The position numbers and the translations under genes are program-made. This document shows, piece after piece, positions 1-8,689 of a stretch of 58,644 bases of DNA (positions within the stretch are counted from its first letter, which is position 1; each line of letters opens with the position of its first letter). The notes under the pieces are model-generated. The model had not been told where the DNA came from. It saw only the letters and a program-made list of their open reading frames with translations, and did not search any database. This DNA is from a virus (taxonomy: Duplodnaviria > Caudoviricetes): IMG/VR virus record IMGVR_UViG_3300006917_000003, positions 1-58,644 of that record, one strand, 5' to 3'.

Positions 1-123
1 CGATGTTGGGCAGGAACAGGAACGGGATCGGCAGCTTGCGCGAGTCGCACGCCAGCGGGAGGCCGTTCTGAACCGCGATGCCCGTGTTAAGGCCGAAACC
101 AACCGCAGTCGGCGGTTCCCACA
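1..123. repeat. Terminal direct repeat copy 1 (circular assembly overlap)
   Basis: cgatgttggg...ggttcccaca is identical to 58522-58644. Confidence 0.97.
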
Positions 124-625
124 CGCCACCACCCTGCGGGTAGCCGATCAGAGCGCCCGCGTTGCGGATGATGCCGTCACCGATCTGGAACTCCCAAGAC
201 AGGCTCTTGAGAGCCGAGAGCAAGCCCTGCACGGTCGAGACGGTGGTCTGCGAGCTACCCGTCAGCGTGGCAAGGCTCGCGCCGTTGTCCTTGTTGACGT
301 GCTTGTAGACCGACACCAAGCACTTGATGCCGATGAACACTTCGTTCGCAGGCAAGCGGCCCTGCGAATCGAGCACGTTGGTCTGACCACGGGTCATGGT
401 CACGCCAGCGGCGAGGCCCTGACCGCTATCACCGATCGCCGCTTGGAACAGATCCGCGTCGGTGTTGGCACCGATCGTGTCCGCGTTGAGCGGCGAGATG
501 AAGGTGGTGCTGAAGTAGCTCTGGGCGCTGCTGAAGTTCAGATCGCCCACCGTAACGCCCGGGACTACGGTCATGCGAGCGTAGGGCTGGAGATCCTTGA
601 GGTACTCGACGTTCTTGATTGCCAT
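1..625 (-). CDS. Putative major capsid protein, large paralog 2, 5' part (252 aa in total; continues across the junction to the stop at 58388)
   Basis: Translated by hand, absent from the ORF track: MAIKNVEYLKDLQPYARMTVVPGVTVGDLNF...QTNVLDSQGRLPANEVFIG...LSWEFQIGDGI...; aligns end to end with 653..1348; AAGGAG RBS upstream. Confidence 0.8.
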   Translation of the reverse strand, partial: MAIKNVEYLKDLQPYARMTVVPGVTVGDLNFSSAQSYFSTTFISPLNADTIGANTDADLFQAAIGDSGQGLAAGVTMTRGQTNVLDSQGRLPANEVFIGIKCLVSVYKHVNKDNGASLATLTGSSQTTVSTVQGLLSALKSLSWEFQIGDGIIRNAGALIGYPQGGGVWEPPTAVGFGLNTGIAVQNGLPLACDSRKLPIPFLFLPNI

Positions 626-652
626 GGTAGTTCTCCTTGGATGCTCCAGCGG

Positions 653-1348
653 TTAGCCGCCCACCGGCATGGTCATGAGGAAGCCGCGCAGAGTCGTGCG
701 GACTTCGATGACCGAGTTGTCCTCTACGTCCAGCAGCGCGAAGCTGTTGCCGCACTTGGCAGTCAGGCCCACGTTGACGAGGGGCGGGAAGATGATCGGG
801 ATCGACAGCTTGGCCGTCCAAGAGCTGGGGTCGCCGTTCTGCGCCGCCGAGGTGGCCGCAGTGTCTTCCAGCGAGGCCCACGCGCCGCCAGCGGAGGGGT
901 ACTCCAGCAGCGAGCCGATCGTCCGCTGGATGCCGCGACCGATCTGCAAGTCCCACGAGAAGTTCTGGATCAGCGAGAACAGGTCACGCGACGACAGAAG
1001 CGTCACAGCCTGCTCCACGCTGGGGTTGTCGCTGGTGGTCTTCCACGCGGTGAAGCCGAGATGCGTAGCAATGTACACTTGGTTCGCAGGCGGCTGACCC
1101 TTGCTGAACTTGCTGTTGGTCTGGTTGAGCGTCAGCGGCCCGCTGAAACCCTGCCCCACCTCCGACTGCGCGGCGGTGAAGAACTGCAACTCAGTGTTGG
1201 CGCCGACAGTCTTGGTGTTCAGGGTGAACACCGCGTCGCTGTACAGGTCTTGGGTGTTGGCGTAGTTCAGACGGCCAACGGTCACGTCCTTGACTACGGT
1301 CATCTTGGCATACGGAGCAAGCTGCTCAAAGATCGTCTGGTCTGCCAT
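653..1348 (-). CDS. Putative major capsid protein, large paralog 1 (231 aa, single-jelly-roll-like)
   Basis: Start revised to ATG 1348 (MADQTIF), AAGGAAG upstream; beta-rich; shares PYAxMTVV, QTN..GxxPAN, SW.xQIG.GI, QNG.P, KL.IP..F.P and G..xTMPV with the junction gene. Confidence 0.7.
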   Translation of the reverse strand: MADQTIFEQLAPYAKMTVVKDVTVGRLNYANTQDLYSDAVFTLNTKTVGANTELQFFTAAQSEVGQGFSGPLTLNQTNSKFSKGQPPANQVYIATHLGFTAWKTTSDNPSVEQAVTLLSSRDLFSLIQNFSWDLQIGRGIQRTIGSLLEYPSAGGAWASLEDTAATSAAQNGDPSSWTAKLSIPIIFPPLVNVGLTAKCGNSFALLDVEDNSVIEVRTTLRGFLMTMPVGG

Positions 1349-1388
1349 GTTCGTCTTCCTTGTGCGGTGACCCGCGTGATCTGTTGCA

Positions 1389-1420
1389 GGGAGGGAGGGC
1401 ACTCACGCACCCTCCCTCCC
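1389..1420 (-). terminator. GC-rich hairpin between the core-protein and capsid genes
   Basis: gggagggagg...cctccctccc inverted repeat; no clear U tract. Confidence 0.4.
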
Positions 1421-1429
1421 GTGGCTTGC

Positions 1430-2086
1430 CTACAGGCCGTACAGGTTCGCCCCCGGCATGATGCCAGCCATGGCGTGGCCACCACCAGTGGTGGTGTCGA
1501 TGTACATGCCGCCGCTCAGGGCGTAGTTGCCCGAGACGGGGACGTAAGCGCCGCTGCTGCCCGGGAGCAGCTTCTGCACGCCTTCCTTGACCTGCGTACC
1601 AACCGAGTCGTCGATCGCCTTGAAGACCGACAGCGCGATCGTGACCTTGGCCACGTCCTTCACCATCTGGTTCTTCATGTACTTGTGCGCGAGGAACGCA
1701 GCACCAGCGACCAACAGGTTCGGGGTGACCTTGCGGAGCGTCTCGTTCTGGATGGTGTTCGACAGGTACTTGTCAAACACGGCCTGACCGATCGAGCCGA
1801 GCGCGATGGTCGCCAGCGAGCCGACGCCCACGTTCACCAGATTGACGCCACCAAAATCGACGCCGCCGATCGACGGGTTGCGGCGCTTGCGGCGGTACGA
1901 GATCGGGTTGCGGCGCTTGTGGCTGCGCTTCGGGTTGGCCCGCTTCTTGCGGCGCGGGTTGGCCATGAGTGCCGACAGGCTGCGGTGCTTGCGCTTCGCG
2001 CCGTGGCGCTTCTTGCCACTGCGCTTCTTGCGCGGGTTGGCGACGAGGGTGCCGTGCGAGCGGCGAGCAGACAGACGCTTGATCAT
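1430..2086 (-). CDS. Basic DNA-condensing/core-membrane virion protein with repeated NP motifs (218 aa)
   Basis: Very R/K-rich N-terminus with VANP, MANP, RANP, RRNP, RRNP, then hydrophobic segments; lies directly upstream of the capsid genes. Confidence 0.65.
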   Translation of the reverse strand: MIKRLSARRSHGTLVANPRKKRSGKKRHGAKRKHRSLSALMANPRRKKRANPKRSHKRRNPISYRRKRRNPSIGGVDFGGVNLVNVGVGSLATIALGSIGQAVFDKYLSNTIQNETLRKVTPNLLVAGAAFLAHKYMKNQMVKDVAKVTIALSVFKAIDDSVGTQVKEGVQKLLPGSSGAYVPVSGNYALSGGMYIDTTTGGGHAMAGIMPGANLYGL

Positions 2087-2195
2087 CGTTCGACCTCTTG
2101 GAAAGGAGGAGAGCAAGCCGCTCTCACGACGTGCAAGCTACGCACACTTTGCAGGACGAATCAAGTGTCAAGTGAACGCGGGTTCACTTTTTGGG

Positions 2196-2966
2196 CTAGT
2201 CTACAATGCCCCGGTCTTCGACGTGCATGCCGCCACCGTTGATCACCAGCGTGCGGTAGTGGCCGTTCTTGTCCGCAGGCCCGAGGGCGTAGACGCTGGG
2301 GTAGGTGCCCGACTCCTCACCAAAGAGGTGGTAGTACTCCTCCCACTTGCCTTCCTTCTTGGCCCCGTACTCGATGCGCCGTCCGATCCCAAGCAGCACC
2401 AACGGGCCTGCCACGCCGGGGATGTCCTTGACGCTCATGGTCTTGGACTCGTCGCCCCAATGGAAGTCTTCGTACTGCTTCTTGGCGTCCTCGTAGCTCT
2501 CTTCCTGTTCTTCCGCCATGCGGATCACCCGCATGAGTTCGTTGCGGTCGTAGTCGAGCGCCAAGATCTCGTCGGGATCTTCGTACACGTCCCACTTGTC
2601 GGGGTCGAGGTTGTGGGTGTCGTTGTACTCCTGAAGGTCCTCGATGCGGCCAAAGTAGGCCCGCCCGTCATCGTAGACCGCGACCACGTCGTCGCTGGTG
2701 CCGAGCACACGGTAGGCCGCAGCCGCCGTGCTCAGATTGCGCTCCGCGTCGGGGTACTCAAAGCACCACGAAGACCCGTCGCTGACTTCGTCGTCGCCGT
2801 CGTCGTCATCGTCCTCGTCGTCGCCGTCGTCTTCACCACCCAGATCTTCGGGATTGATCTGCAAGGCTTCCGGCAGCGAGCCGTTAATCTTCTTGGTGAT
2901 CTCGTTGCGGGCTTTGGTACGCAGCGCGTCTGCAAGTCGCGAGAAGTCCTTCACAATAGCCTCCAC
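2196..2966 (-). CDS. Hypothetical protein with an acidic tract (possibly the 3' part of a frameshifted gene starting at 3244)
   Basis: ORF track 256 aa; poly-Asp stretch; globular-looking C-terminus (YEDFHWG...YHLFGEE...GIVD). Confidence 0.75.
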   Translation of the reverse strand: MEAIVKDFSRLADALRTKARNEITKKINGSLPEALQINPEDLGGEDDGDDEDDDDDGDDEVSDGSSWCFEYPDAERNLSTAAAAYRVLGTSDDVVAVYDDGRAYFGRIEDLQEYNDTHNLDPDKWDVYEDPDEILALDYDRNELMRVIRMAEEQEESYEDAKKQYEDFHWGDESKTMSVKDIPGVAGPLVLLGIGRRIEYGAKKEGKWEEYYHLFGEESGTYPSVYALGPADKNGHYRTLVINGGGMHVEDRGIVD

Positions 2967-3244
2967 AGTCCCTTGAGGGTCACGGCTACGAACGTCTTGG
3001 CCACTTCGGTGGTCACGTCCTGTAGGAAAGTCGGGTCGGGGACGACTTCCGCGTCCACCACCAGATCACGCCCGCTCCCAACAGGAGCAGGGGCAGGCTC
3101 CACTTCGTCGGTGAACTCCGCGTCCACGAACCGTTCGTGAAGGACGATTGCCCCTGCACTGGCGGGTGCTGGCGCAGCCGTGCGTCGAGGGCGCTTTGCC
3201 CGGGGGCTTGATCCACCATCGCCCACTCGCGTTCGCTTTGCCAT
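2951..3244 (-). CDS. Hypothetical protein (97 aa) overlapping the protease gene in another frame
   Basis: MAKRTRVGDGG...VDAEFTDEVEPAPAP...; protein-like composition; may join 2196..2966. Confidence 0.45.
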   Translation of the reverse strand: MAKRTRVGDGGSSPRAKRPRRTAAPAPASAGAIVLHERFVDAEFTDEVEPAPAPVGSGRDLVVDAEVVPDPTFLQDVTTEVAKTFVAVTLKGLWRLL

Positions 3245-3687
3245 ACGGGATCCACGATGACCCACTGGGTCGGGTTGTGGGGAGGCATCCCGACGCGAGC
3301 GCGAACGTGGAAGCCCCAACCCTGCTGGTCTTTCAAGATCTCGACCACCGACTGGACGCCCAGCGAGCGGATGCCGCCCACCAGCAAGATCGTAAGGTCG
3401 TCGCAGTCGCCGCCCGTGGGCACGCCTGTGTCGTAGCCCACGATCTCCTTCCACGCCCGATACACCTCGCCGTTCTCGCGGCGGTACGGGAGGCTCTCGA
3501 CGTAGGCGCACCACGCGGCCACCTGCTGGTCGGCAGGGTTGCCTGCGCCTGCAATCTTACGCAGCACAAACTCGTTGAAGTCACGATCCATCGACAGGGA
3601 GTCCGCGACTTCCGTCATGAGGATTGCCTTGTCGAGCGCCCCCTCGTCCTTGTCCCGTGTAGGCACATCTGCGTAGCCAAGCGCCAT
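3013..3687 (-). CDS. Transglutaminase-like cysteine protease with C-terminal membrane anchor (candidate virion maturation protease)
   Basis: GDCDD (Cys), FHV (His) and WVIVDP (Asp) in triad order; C-terminal LPLLLLGAGVIWWW-TRK. Confidence 0.75.
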   Translation of the reverse strand: MALGYADVPTRDKDEGALDKAILMTEVADSLSMDRDFNEFVLRKIAGAGNPADQQVAAWCAYVESLPYRRENGEVYRAWKEIVGYDTGVPTGGDCDDLTILLVGGIRSLGVQSVVEILKDQQGWGFHVRARVGMPPHNPTQWVIVDPVWQSEREWAMVDQAPGQSALDARLRQHPPVQGQSSFTNGSWTRSSPTKWSLPLLLLGAGVIWWWTRKSSPTRLSYRT

Positions 3688-3688
3688 G

Positions 3689-4870
3689 CTAGTCCTCGTC
3701 GCCCCCGCCTTCCTTCTCGATCGCGTTGAGCACCGCGCTCTCCAAGGCAGGGTTCGCCTTCAATGCTTGCATGAAGCTCTTGGCGATGCCAGTGGGATTC
3801 CGCATGGCGATCTTCTGGATGATCTCTGGCGACTGGAACGCCTGCTCGATCATGCCGTCCACCATCTCAGGCGGCAGTTGCGGCGCAGCCCCGCCGCTCT
3901 TGCCCGCGAGGATCGACGGCAACATCGAGGTCAGCATGGTCTTCATCATGCCGTCGTCTTCGTCGTCGTCATCGTCGCGGCTCGACCGCTCTGCACGCGC
4001 AGCGCGAGACTCCGCGAGCTTGTCCAGCACCACCAACAACTCCAGCGAGTCGCGCATGCCGTTGGCCTGCGGCGTGCGGTTGCGGCGCTCGTCCAGCAGT
4101 TCGCGCAGGAGCACATCGTTCACGTCCTTCTGCGGTGGCGCGGCCTGCGGCTTGGTCAGGAACGCTTGGGCAAGGCCAAGGCCAGCGGTCAGCAAGGTGT
4201 TCATGCGGTCGTCGCGGCGCTGGGCCTCTGCCTCCCGCTGCTTGCGCTCCGCTTCCTTCTGGCGCTCCTCGCGCTCTTGGCGCTCAAACTCGCGCAGCGC
4301 CAGCTTCTCCTCAAACGCCGCCTGCCGCGCTGCGGCCTCGTCGGCCCGCCGACGCTGCTCTGCACGCTCTTCTGCGGCCTGCTGCATCTGCCACCGCATC
4401 CACGCAGGCATCTCGTCCATGGCTGCCATGCCACCCAGCGGCATGGGGTTGTACGTTTCCTCCGCTGCGCGGGGGAAGGGGAGCACACCGCCGCCCCCGG
4501 GCTGACCGACTGCCGCCGAGATCAGCCGCACCTTGCGAAGCTGCTTGACCGGCTTGCCGCTGCGAGGGTCGATGGGGTAGATCTCGTACTTGCCTGCCCC
4601 ATAGTTGTCGCGCAGGTCATGGTCGAACGGACGCGAGTCCACGCGCTCCAAGAACTCCCAACCGTCTGCCGTCTGCTTGCGAACTTCCCACTCCGCGTCC
4701 TCAAAGTCCTCTTCGGTGGGCATGCGGTCGTCTTCGACAGCGCGACCAGACCCGACTTGCTTGGCGAACGAGGTCGTGAACACCACCGGGGTGCCGTCGT
4801 CGGGCAGATCGTGCGGGGCTACGGGCAACGTGGCGGAAGCAGCAGGGTTCTTCACGGTCTTGGTCGGCAT
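3689..4870 (-). CDS. Hypothetical coiled-coil protein (393 aa)
   Basis: E/R/Q-rich helical centre; AAGGAG RBS; VKNP near the N-terminus. Confidence 0.8.
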   Translation of the reverse strand: MPTKTVKNPAASATLPVAPHDLPDDGTPVVFTTSFAKQVGSGRAVEDDRMPTEEDFEDAEWEVRKQTADGWEFLERVDSRPFDHDLRDNYGAGKYEIYPIDPRSGKPVKQLRKVRLISAAVGQPGGGGVLPFPRAAEETYNPMPLGGMAAMDEMPAWMRWQMQQAAEERAEQRRRADEAAARQAAFEEKLALREFERQEREERQKEAERKQREAEAQRRDDRMNTLLTAGLGLAQAFLTKPQAAPPQKDVNDVLLRELLDERRNRTPQANGMRDSLELLVVLDKLAESRAARAERSSRDDDDDEDDGMMKTMLTSMLPSILAGKSGGAAPQLPPEMVDGMIEQAFQSPEIIQKIAMRNPTGIAKSFMQALKANPALESAVLNAIEKEGGGDED

Positions 4871-4898
4871 GGTTGCTCCTTGGGGTAGGTGGCGCTAG

Positions 4899-4927
4899 AG
4901 TATCTCTCAACTGGAAGATCTAGTCAA
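4899..4927 (-). promoter_or_regulatory. Putative sigma70-type promoter for the leftward operon
   Basis: Minus strand TTGACT-N17-GATACT upstream of 4870. Confidence 0.5.
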
Positions 4928-4935
4928 CAAGGGAG

Positions 4936-6294
4936 GTGTGCGTGGGAGCCAGACCCTACCAGAGTGCGTTGATCTACGAGGTCACCAAGCTGTTCGCCAA
5001 GGGGCACACCCGCCTCATGGTTCAGCTTGCCACGGGTGGCGGCAAGACGAAGATCGCAAGCGAACTGGTCAGGCGGGCACAATGTAAGCGGCTGCTGTAC
5101 ATCGTGCCATCGGACGAGATCTTGGAGCAGACCAGCGAGACGCTCGACGCGGTCGGCATCGCCCACGCCACGCTGACGGCGGGCAAGTACGTCGATCTGG
5201 ACGGGGTGTCGTGCCTGCTCGCGATGTCGCAGACGCTCCAGCGGCGGCTGGGCACCGACATGTTCGCCCGCTGGAAGCCAGACCTGATCTTCGTGGACGA
5301 GGCCCACAAGCTGATCGAGCAGCACCGCCGCGTGCTGGGCCACTGGAAGTGCCCCGTGATCGGCATGAGCGCCACGCCTGTGCGTCTGGACAACAAGCCT
5401 CTCAGCACCTTGTGGCCTGTACTGGTCTGCGGCCCGTCGATCAAGTCGTTGCAGCGGCAAGGCTTCTTGGTCAACTGCCGCACGGTCAACGCCTACATGC
5501 CCGATCTGTCGCTGATCCGAAAGCGCGGGCACGACTACGACGCCGACGCCCTCGACCTCGCCTACAGCGACGACCGCATCATCCGCAGCGCCCCCGACTG
5601 GTGGCTCAAGTTCGCCAAGGGCAAGCGCACCATCGCGTTCACGCCGGGGATCCGCTCCTCCCTGCGCCTCATGGAAGCCTACAAGCGCCGAGGCATCCGC
5701 GCCGAGCATGTGGACGGCACCACACCCCGCACCGAGCGCAAGGCTGCACTGGAACGCCTGCGGCGGCACCAGATCGACGTGCTCTTCAACTGCAACCTGT
5801 TCGTCGAAGGGCTTGATCTGATCGAGACACAGTGTGTCCAGCTACTTACAGCCTCTGAAAGCCTCGCAAGGTTCATGCAACAAGTGGGCCGGGGCCTCAG
5901 AGTAGCCCCCGGCAAGCGCGAGCTTCTGTTGCTCGACCACGGGGGCAACTCCGCACGGCACGACCGCGTGGACGCTGATCGCGACTGGTACAACGGCGGC
6001 ATCTCGCTGGAGAACAGCAAGAAGACTTGCCTGTGCTGCGGGACGCTGATCGAAGCCGAGCGCAACCTGTGTCCTGCGTGCTTCAAGGATCCAGAGCCTA
6101 AGCCCAAGCACAGCCCGCTGGCAGAGGGTCGCGCCGAGCAAGCCACCTCCCGAGCTACCCCGCCCCGGCCTTGCCCCTCTTGGGCGCTCGCCGTGCGCCC
6201 GCAGTGGGAGCAGATGGAGCAGGAGCGATACGCCCAAGCCCTGCCCCTGTCGGAGACGGAACGGTACTGCCGTCGTCTGCTGCGGGTGGCTTGA
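4936..6294 (+). CDS. Superfamily 2 (DEAD/ResIII-like) helicase with C-terminal Zn ribbon
   Basis: RPYQ, ATGGGKT, DEAH, SATP, EGLD, QQVGRGLR; CLCC..CPAC; the start may be GTG 4942. Confidence 0.92.
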   Translation: MCVGARPYQSALIYEVTKLFAKGHTRLMVQLATGGGKTKIASELVRRAQCKRLLYIVPSDEILEQTSETLDAVGIAHATLTAGKYVDLDGVSCLLAMSQTLQRRLGTDMFARWKPDLIFVDEAHKLIEQHRRVLGHWKCPVIGMSATPVRLDNKPLSTLWPVLVCGPSIKSLQRQGFLVNCRTVNAYMPDLSLIRKRGHDYDADALDLAYSDDRIIRSAPDWWLKFAKGKRTIAFTPGIRSSLRLMEAYKRRGIRAEHVDGTTPRTERKAALERLRRHQIDVLFNCNLFVEGLDLIETQCVQLLTASESLARFMQQVGRGLRVAPGKRELLLLDHGGNSARHDRVDADRDWYNGGISLENSKKTCLCCGTLIEAERNLCPACFKDPEPKPKHSPLAEGRAEQATSRATPPRPCPSWALAVRPQWEQMEQERYAQALPLSETERYCRRLLRVA

Positions 6295-6640
6295 GGTAGC
6301 CAAGCTCCACAAGCGTAGCGTGCAACTCTGCGTATCCTTTGACGACCCGTGCTTCCCACCCACGGTCGCGAAAGGCTTGCAACCAGCCCTCCTGTTGCGC
6401 CGTTGTTGCACCACCGACGCGCCGCTTCAACTCCAACGCTGCGCCAACCTTGCCCGTGCTCGTCGGGTCGATGATGATCAGGTCAGGGACGCCCGCTTGA
6501 ACGCCTTCTGCCCACAGTTTCGCGGCTGTAGCCTTGCTACGCAGGCCACCGTTCGGCACGGCAAAGAACTTGACACGGGCTTCCCGTAGTGCGAGTACAG
6601 CCCTCCTCTGCACCTCATGCTCTGACCACTCTTTAGCCAT
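6155..6640 (-). CDS. VRR-NUC domain nuclease
   Basis: SEHEVQ..., AVPNGG, GVQAGVPDL, LELKR, Q..W motifs. Confidence 0.88.
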   Translation of the reverse strand: MAKEWSEHEVQRRAVLALREARVKFFAVPNGGLRSKATAAKLWAEGVQAGVPDLIIIDPTSTGKVGAALELKRRVGGATTAQQEGWLQAFRDRGWEARVVKGYAELHATLVELGYLKPPAADDGSTVPSPTGAGLGRIAPAPSAPTAGARRAPKRGKAGAG

Positions 6641-6673
6641 GCTGCACCTTGGGTTGCGGTCGTTTCGGAGGCT

Positions 6674-6950
6674 TTGGGCACAAGAGCTACAAGTACCGGC
6701 TACAAGCCCAAAAAACTGGGGTCAACTGCCGGATAGTACTAGGCAACAAGGACTACCAAGACTTTTTTGCCCCATAGTTTCTATCGCCAACAAGGATCGA
6801 GGAGGTACTACTATGCCCCGTCGTGACCATGATCACGATGAAAAGTTTGGGCCAAAAAAGTGCTGGTAGTCCTTGTTGGGCCGTGATCTCGCGGGGTTGA
6901 CCCCCGTTTCTGCCCCTCGTAGCTGGTGCTTGTAGGTCTTGTGCGCCCAA
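6674..6950. repeat. Long imperfect inverted repeat (arms 6674-6780 and 6842-6950), candidate replication origin
   Basis: Arms share cacaaga.ctacaag.acc.gctac, ggggtcaac and caacaaggactacca..acttttttg in opposite orientation; non-coding, next to the 3' end of the primase-helicase. Confidence 0.75.
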
Positions 6951-7060
6951 CCCTGTAAACCACCGCAACTACAGACACTGCAAGGCGAAAGTGCGGTCGT
7001 GGCGCGAAGTGCGGTAGACGTGCAACCGACACTTCTGGAAGTCCTAGTCAAGCCCCCTGC

Positions 7061-8689
7061 TTACGCTTTCAGTTCCAAGGGATAGCGGTAGTTCCGCACC
7101 CCGTTGTCATAGAACCTCTTGCAGCGCCTGTCAACCGCCTGCAAGAACTTCTGCCGGTTCCGCACGACGTAGCCGTTGGCTTGCGCCCAGACGGCGTAGC
7201 TGGCGTACAAGCTCGCGCCATCGCTGCCCTTTCCGCGCACCGGCTCGCAGTGGTTGCACACGTCCGTGATGAACTGGCTGATCTCGTCTTGGCCCAGCCG
7301 CCAACTGTTGACCTCGTCCACGCTCTGCTGCGGCTCATGGTAGCGCCCACGCTGGAGCAGGGTGGCTGCGTGGCGCAGTGCCCAGCACACGATGGCGTCC
7401 CGCTCTTCGGCCAAGATGGTCTGCGCCAGCGCGTTGCCTTCTGCCGTGGCCTCAAACTTGCGGGCGAAGTCGAACAGCATGAAGCGACGGAAGAAGCCAA
7501 AGCTATCGTCCTCGACCTCTGGCAGCGCGTTGCAAGATGCGAGGTGGCCCGCCTTGGGCCGGAAGAAGAACGGCGACTCGCGAATCACACGCCCGTCGAT
7601 CTGATCACCCGACACCAGCGCCTTGATCGCCGCCGCCGCGTTCTGGTCGAGGCGCTTCTCAGGCAGTTCGCCCACCACATTGAGCAGCGCACCCGAGAGC
7701 ATGGCGCGGTAGTACTGCTGCCCAAAGTTCTGCGGGGTCACGTTGGTCACCGTGCCCTCTGGGAACAGCCCCGTCACGACCGTGATCACAGTAGACTTGC
7801 CGTTGGAGCCGCTGCCCTTCAAGATCACAGCCTTCTGCATCCGAGTGGCCACGCCACACAGGGCCGCACCGATAAACTCGATGAACGCCTGCACCTTGTC
7901 GCCCCGGCCCGCTTCGCCCTCCCACACGTCGTCCAGCAGCTTCAAGAACTTGACCGGCTTCTTGTCGCTCCAACCAAACTCGTAGCCCACCCGCGACCGC
8001 TGCGCGGGGCTGTGGTGGTGGAAGTTCAGCTTGTTGTCGCAGACCTCGACCCAGCGGTCAGCCAGCGTCAGGCCAGCCGGGGCGTTGGCAAAGAAGTCCT
8101 TCTGCGCCCGCGACTGACACAGCACCTCGTAGGTGCCCGCGACCGTCGAGGCGTTGATCTTCAAGGGGTGCAAAGCCCAGCCACCCTGCGGGCGAGCCAC
8201 GCGCACCTGCAAGCCAGCGAAAGAGTGAATCACCTGCTCGACCCGAGACTTGGCCAACTCAACCCACACCCCAGCGTTGCCGTACAACCACAGCTTGCCC
8301 AAGTCGAACACCAGCCGCTCTGTGCCCTTCTCCAGCACCCGTGCTACGCGCTCTGCCAACTCGACATGGTCGCCGCGCTCCAGCCGCTCCTCTTGCCCTT
8401 CTGGGTCAACCCCCTCGCCGTCGCCGTCACCCCCGCCCCCACCACCCCCGCCGCCGTCGTCCTCGTCTGCCCCCAACCGCGCCGCCCAGCGGGCGATCCC
8501 CTCAAGCTCGCCCATGTTCTCGTCTTGCACGGGCGGGTCGCACCGACGCCGGTCGAACAAGACCAGCAGGGCAAGGATCGTCTCCTCGTCGCCCTTGTGC
8601 TTGTTGGCGATGTGGCCAGCGTAGCGCGTCAGTTCCTTGTGCCGCTCACCCTGCCCCACGCGCTCAGGCGGGACGTAGGGCATGAACAC
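7061..8689 (-). CDS. Primase C-terminal (PriCT-like) plus D5-type SF3 helicase
   Basis: GERH..LTRYAG...CDPP (PriCT-like); GSGSNGKST Walker A; LNVVGE; IKALVSGD; GFFRRF. Confidence 0.9.
   Translation of the reverse strand: MFMPYVPPERVGQGERHKELTRYAGHIANKHKGDEETILALLVLFDRRRCDPPVQDENMGELEGIARWAARLGADEDDGGGGGGGGGDGDGEGVDPEGQEERLERGDHVELAERVARVLEKGTERLVFDLGKLWLYGNAGVWVELAKSRVEQVIHSFAGLQVRVARPQGGWALHPLKINASTVAGTYEVLCQSRAQKDFFANAPAGLTLADRWVEVCDNKLNFHHHSPAQRSRVGYEFGWSDKKPVKFLKLLDDVWEGEAGRGDKVQAFIEFIGAALCGVATRMQKAVILKGSGSNGKSTVITVVTGLFPEGTVTNVTPQNFGQQYYRAMLSGALLNVVGELPEKRLDQNAAAAIKALVSGDQIDGRVIRESPFFFRPKAGHLASCNALPEVEDDSFGFFRRFMLFDFARKFEATAEGNALAQTILAEERDAIVCWALRHAATLLQRGRYHEPQQSVDEVNSWRLGQDEISQFITDVCNHCEPVRGKGSDGASLYASYAVWAQANGYVVRNRQKFLQAVDRRCKRFYDNGVRNYRYPLELKA

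Noticed and set aside
1-123. True terminal repeat of a linear genome
   Set aside because: It falls mid-gene and the ORF continues across the join, so it is best explained as assembly overlap; the physical genome form cannot be determined from sequence.
299-2242. 647-aa plus-strand ORF
   Set aside because: Antisense shadow of the capsid and core genes; high-GC DNA has few stops, and it has no motifs.
6155-6294. Antisense overlap of the helicase and VRR-NUC 3' ends as a regulatory feature
   Set aside because: The VRR-NUC tail is low-complexity and probably just run-on to a late stop; no further support.
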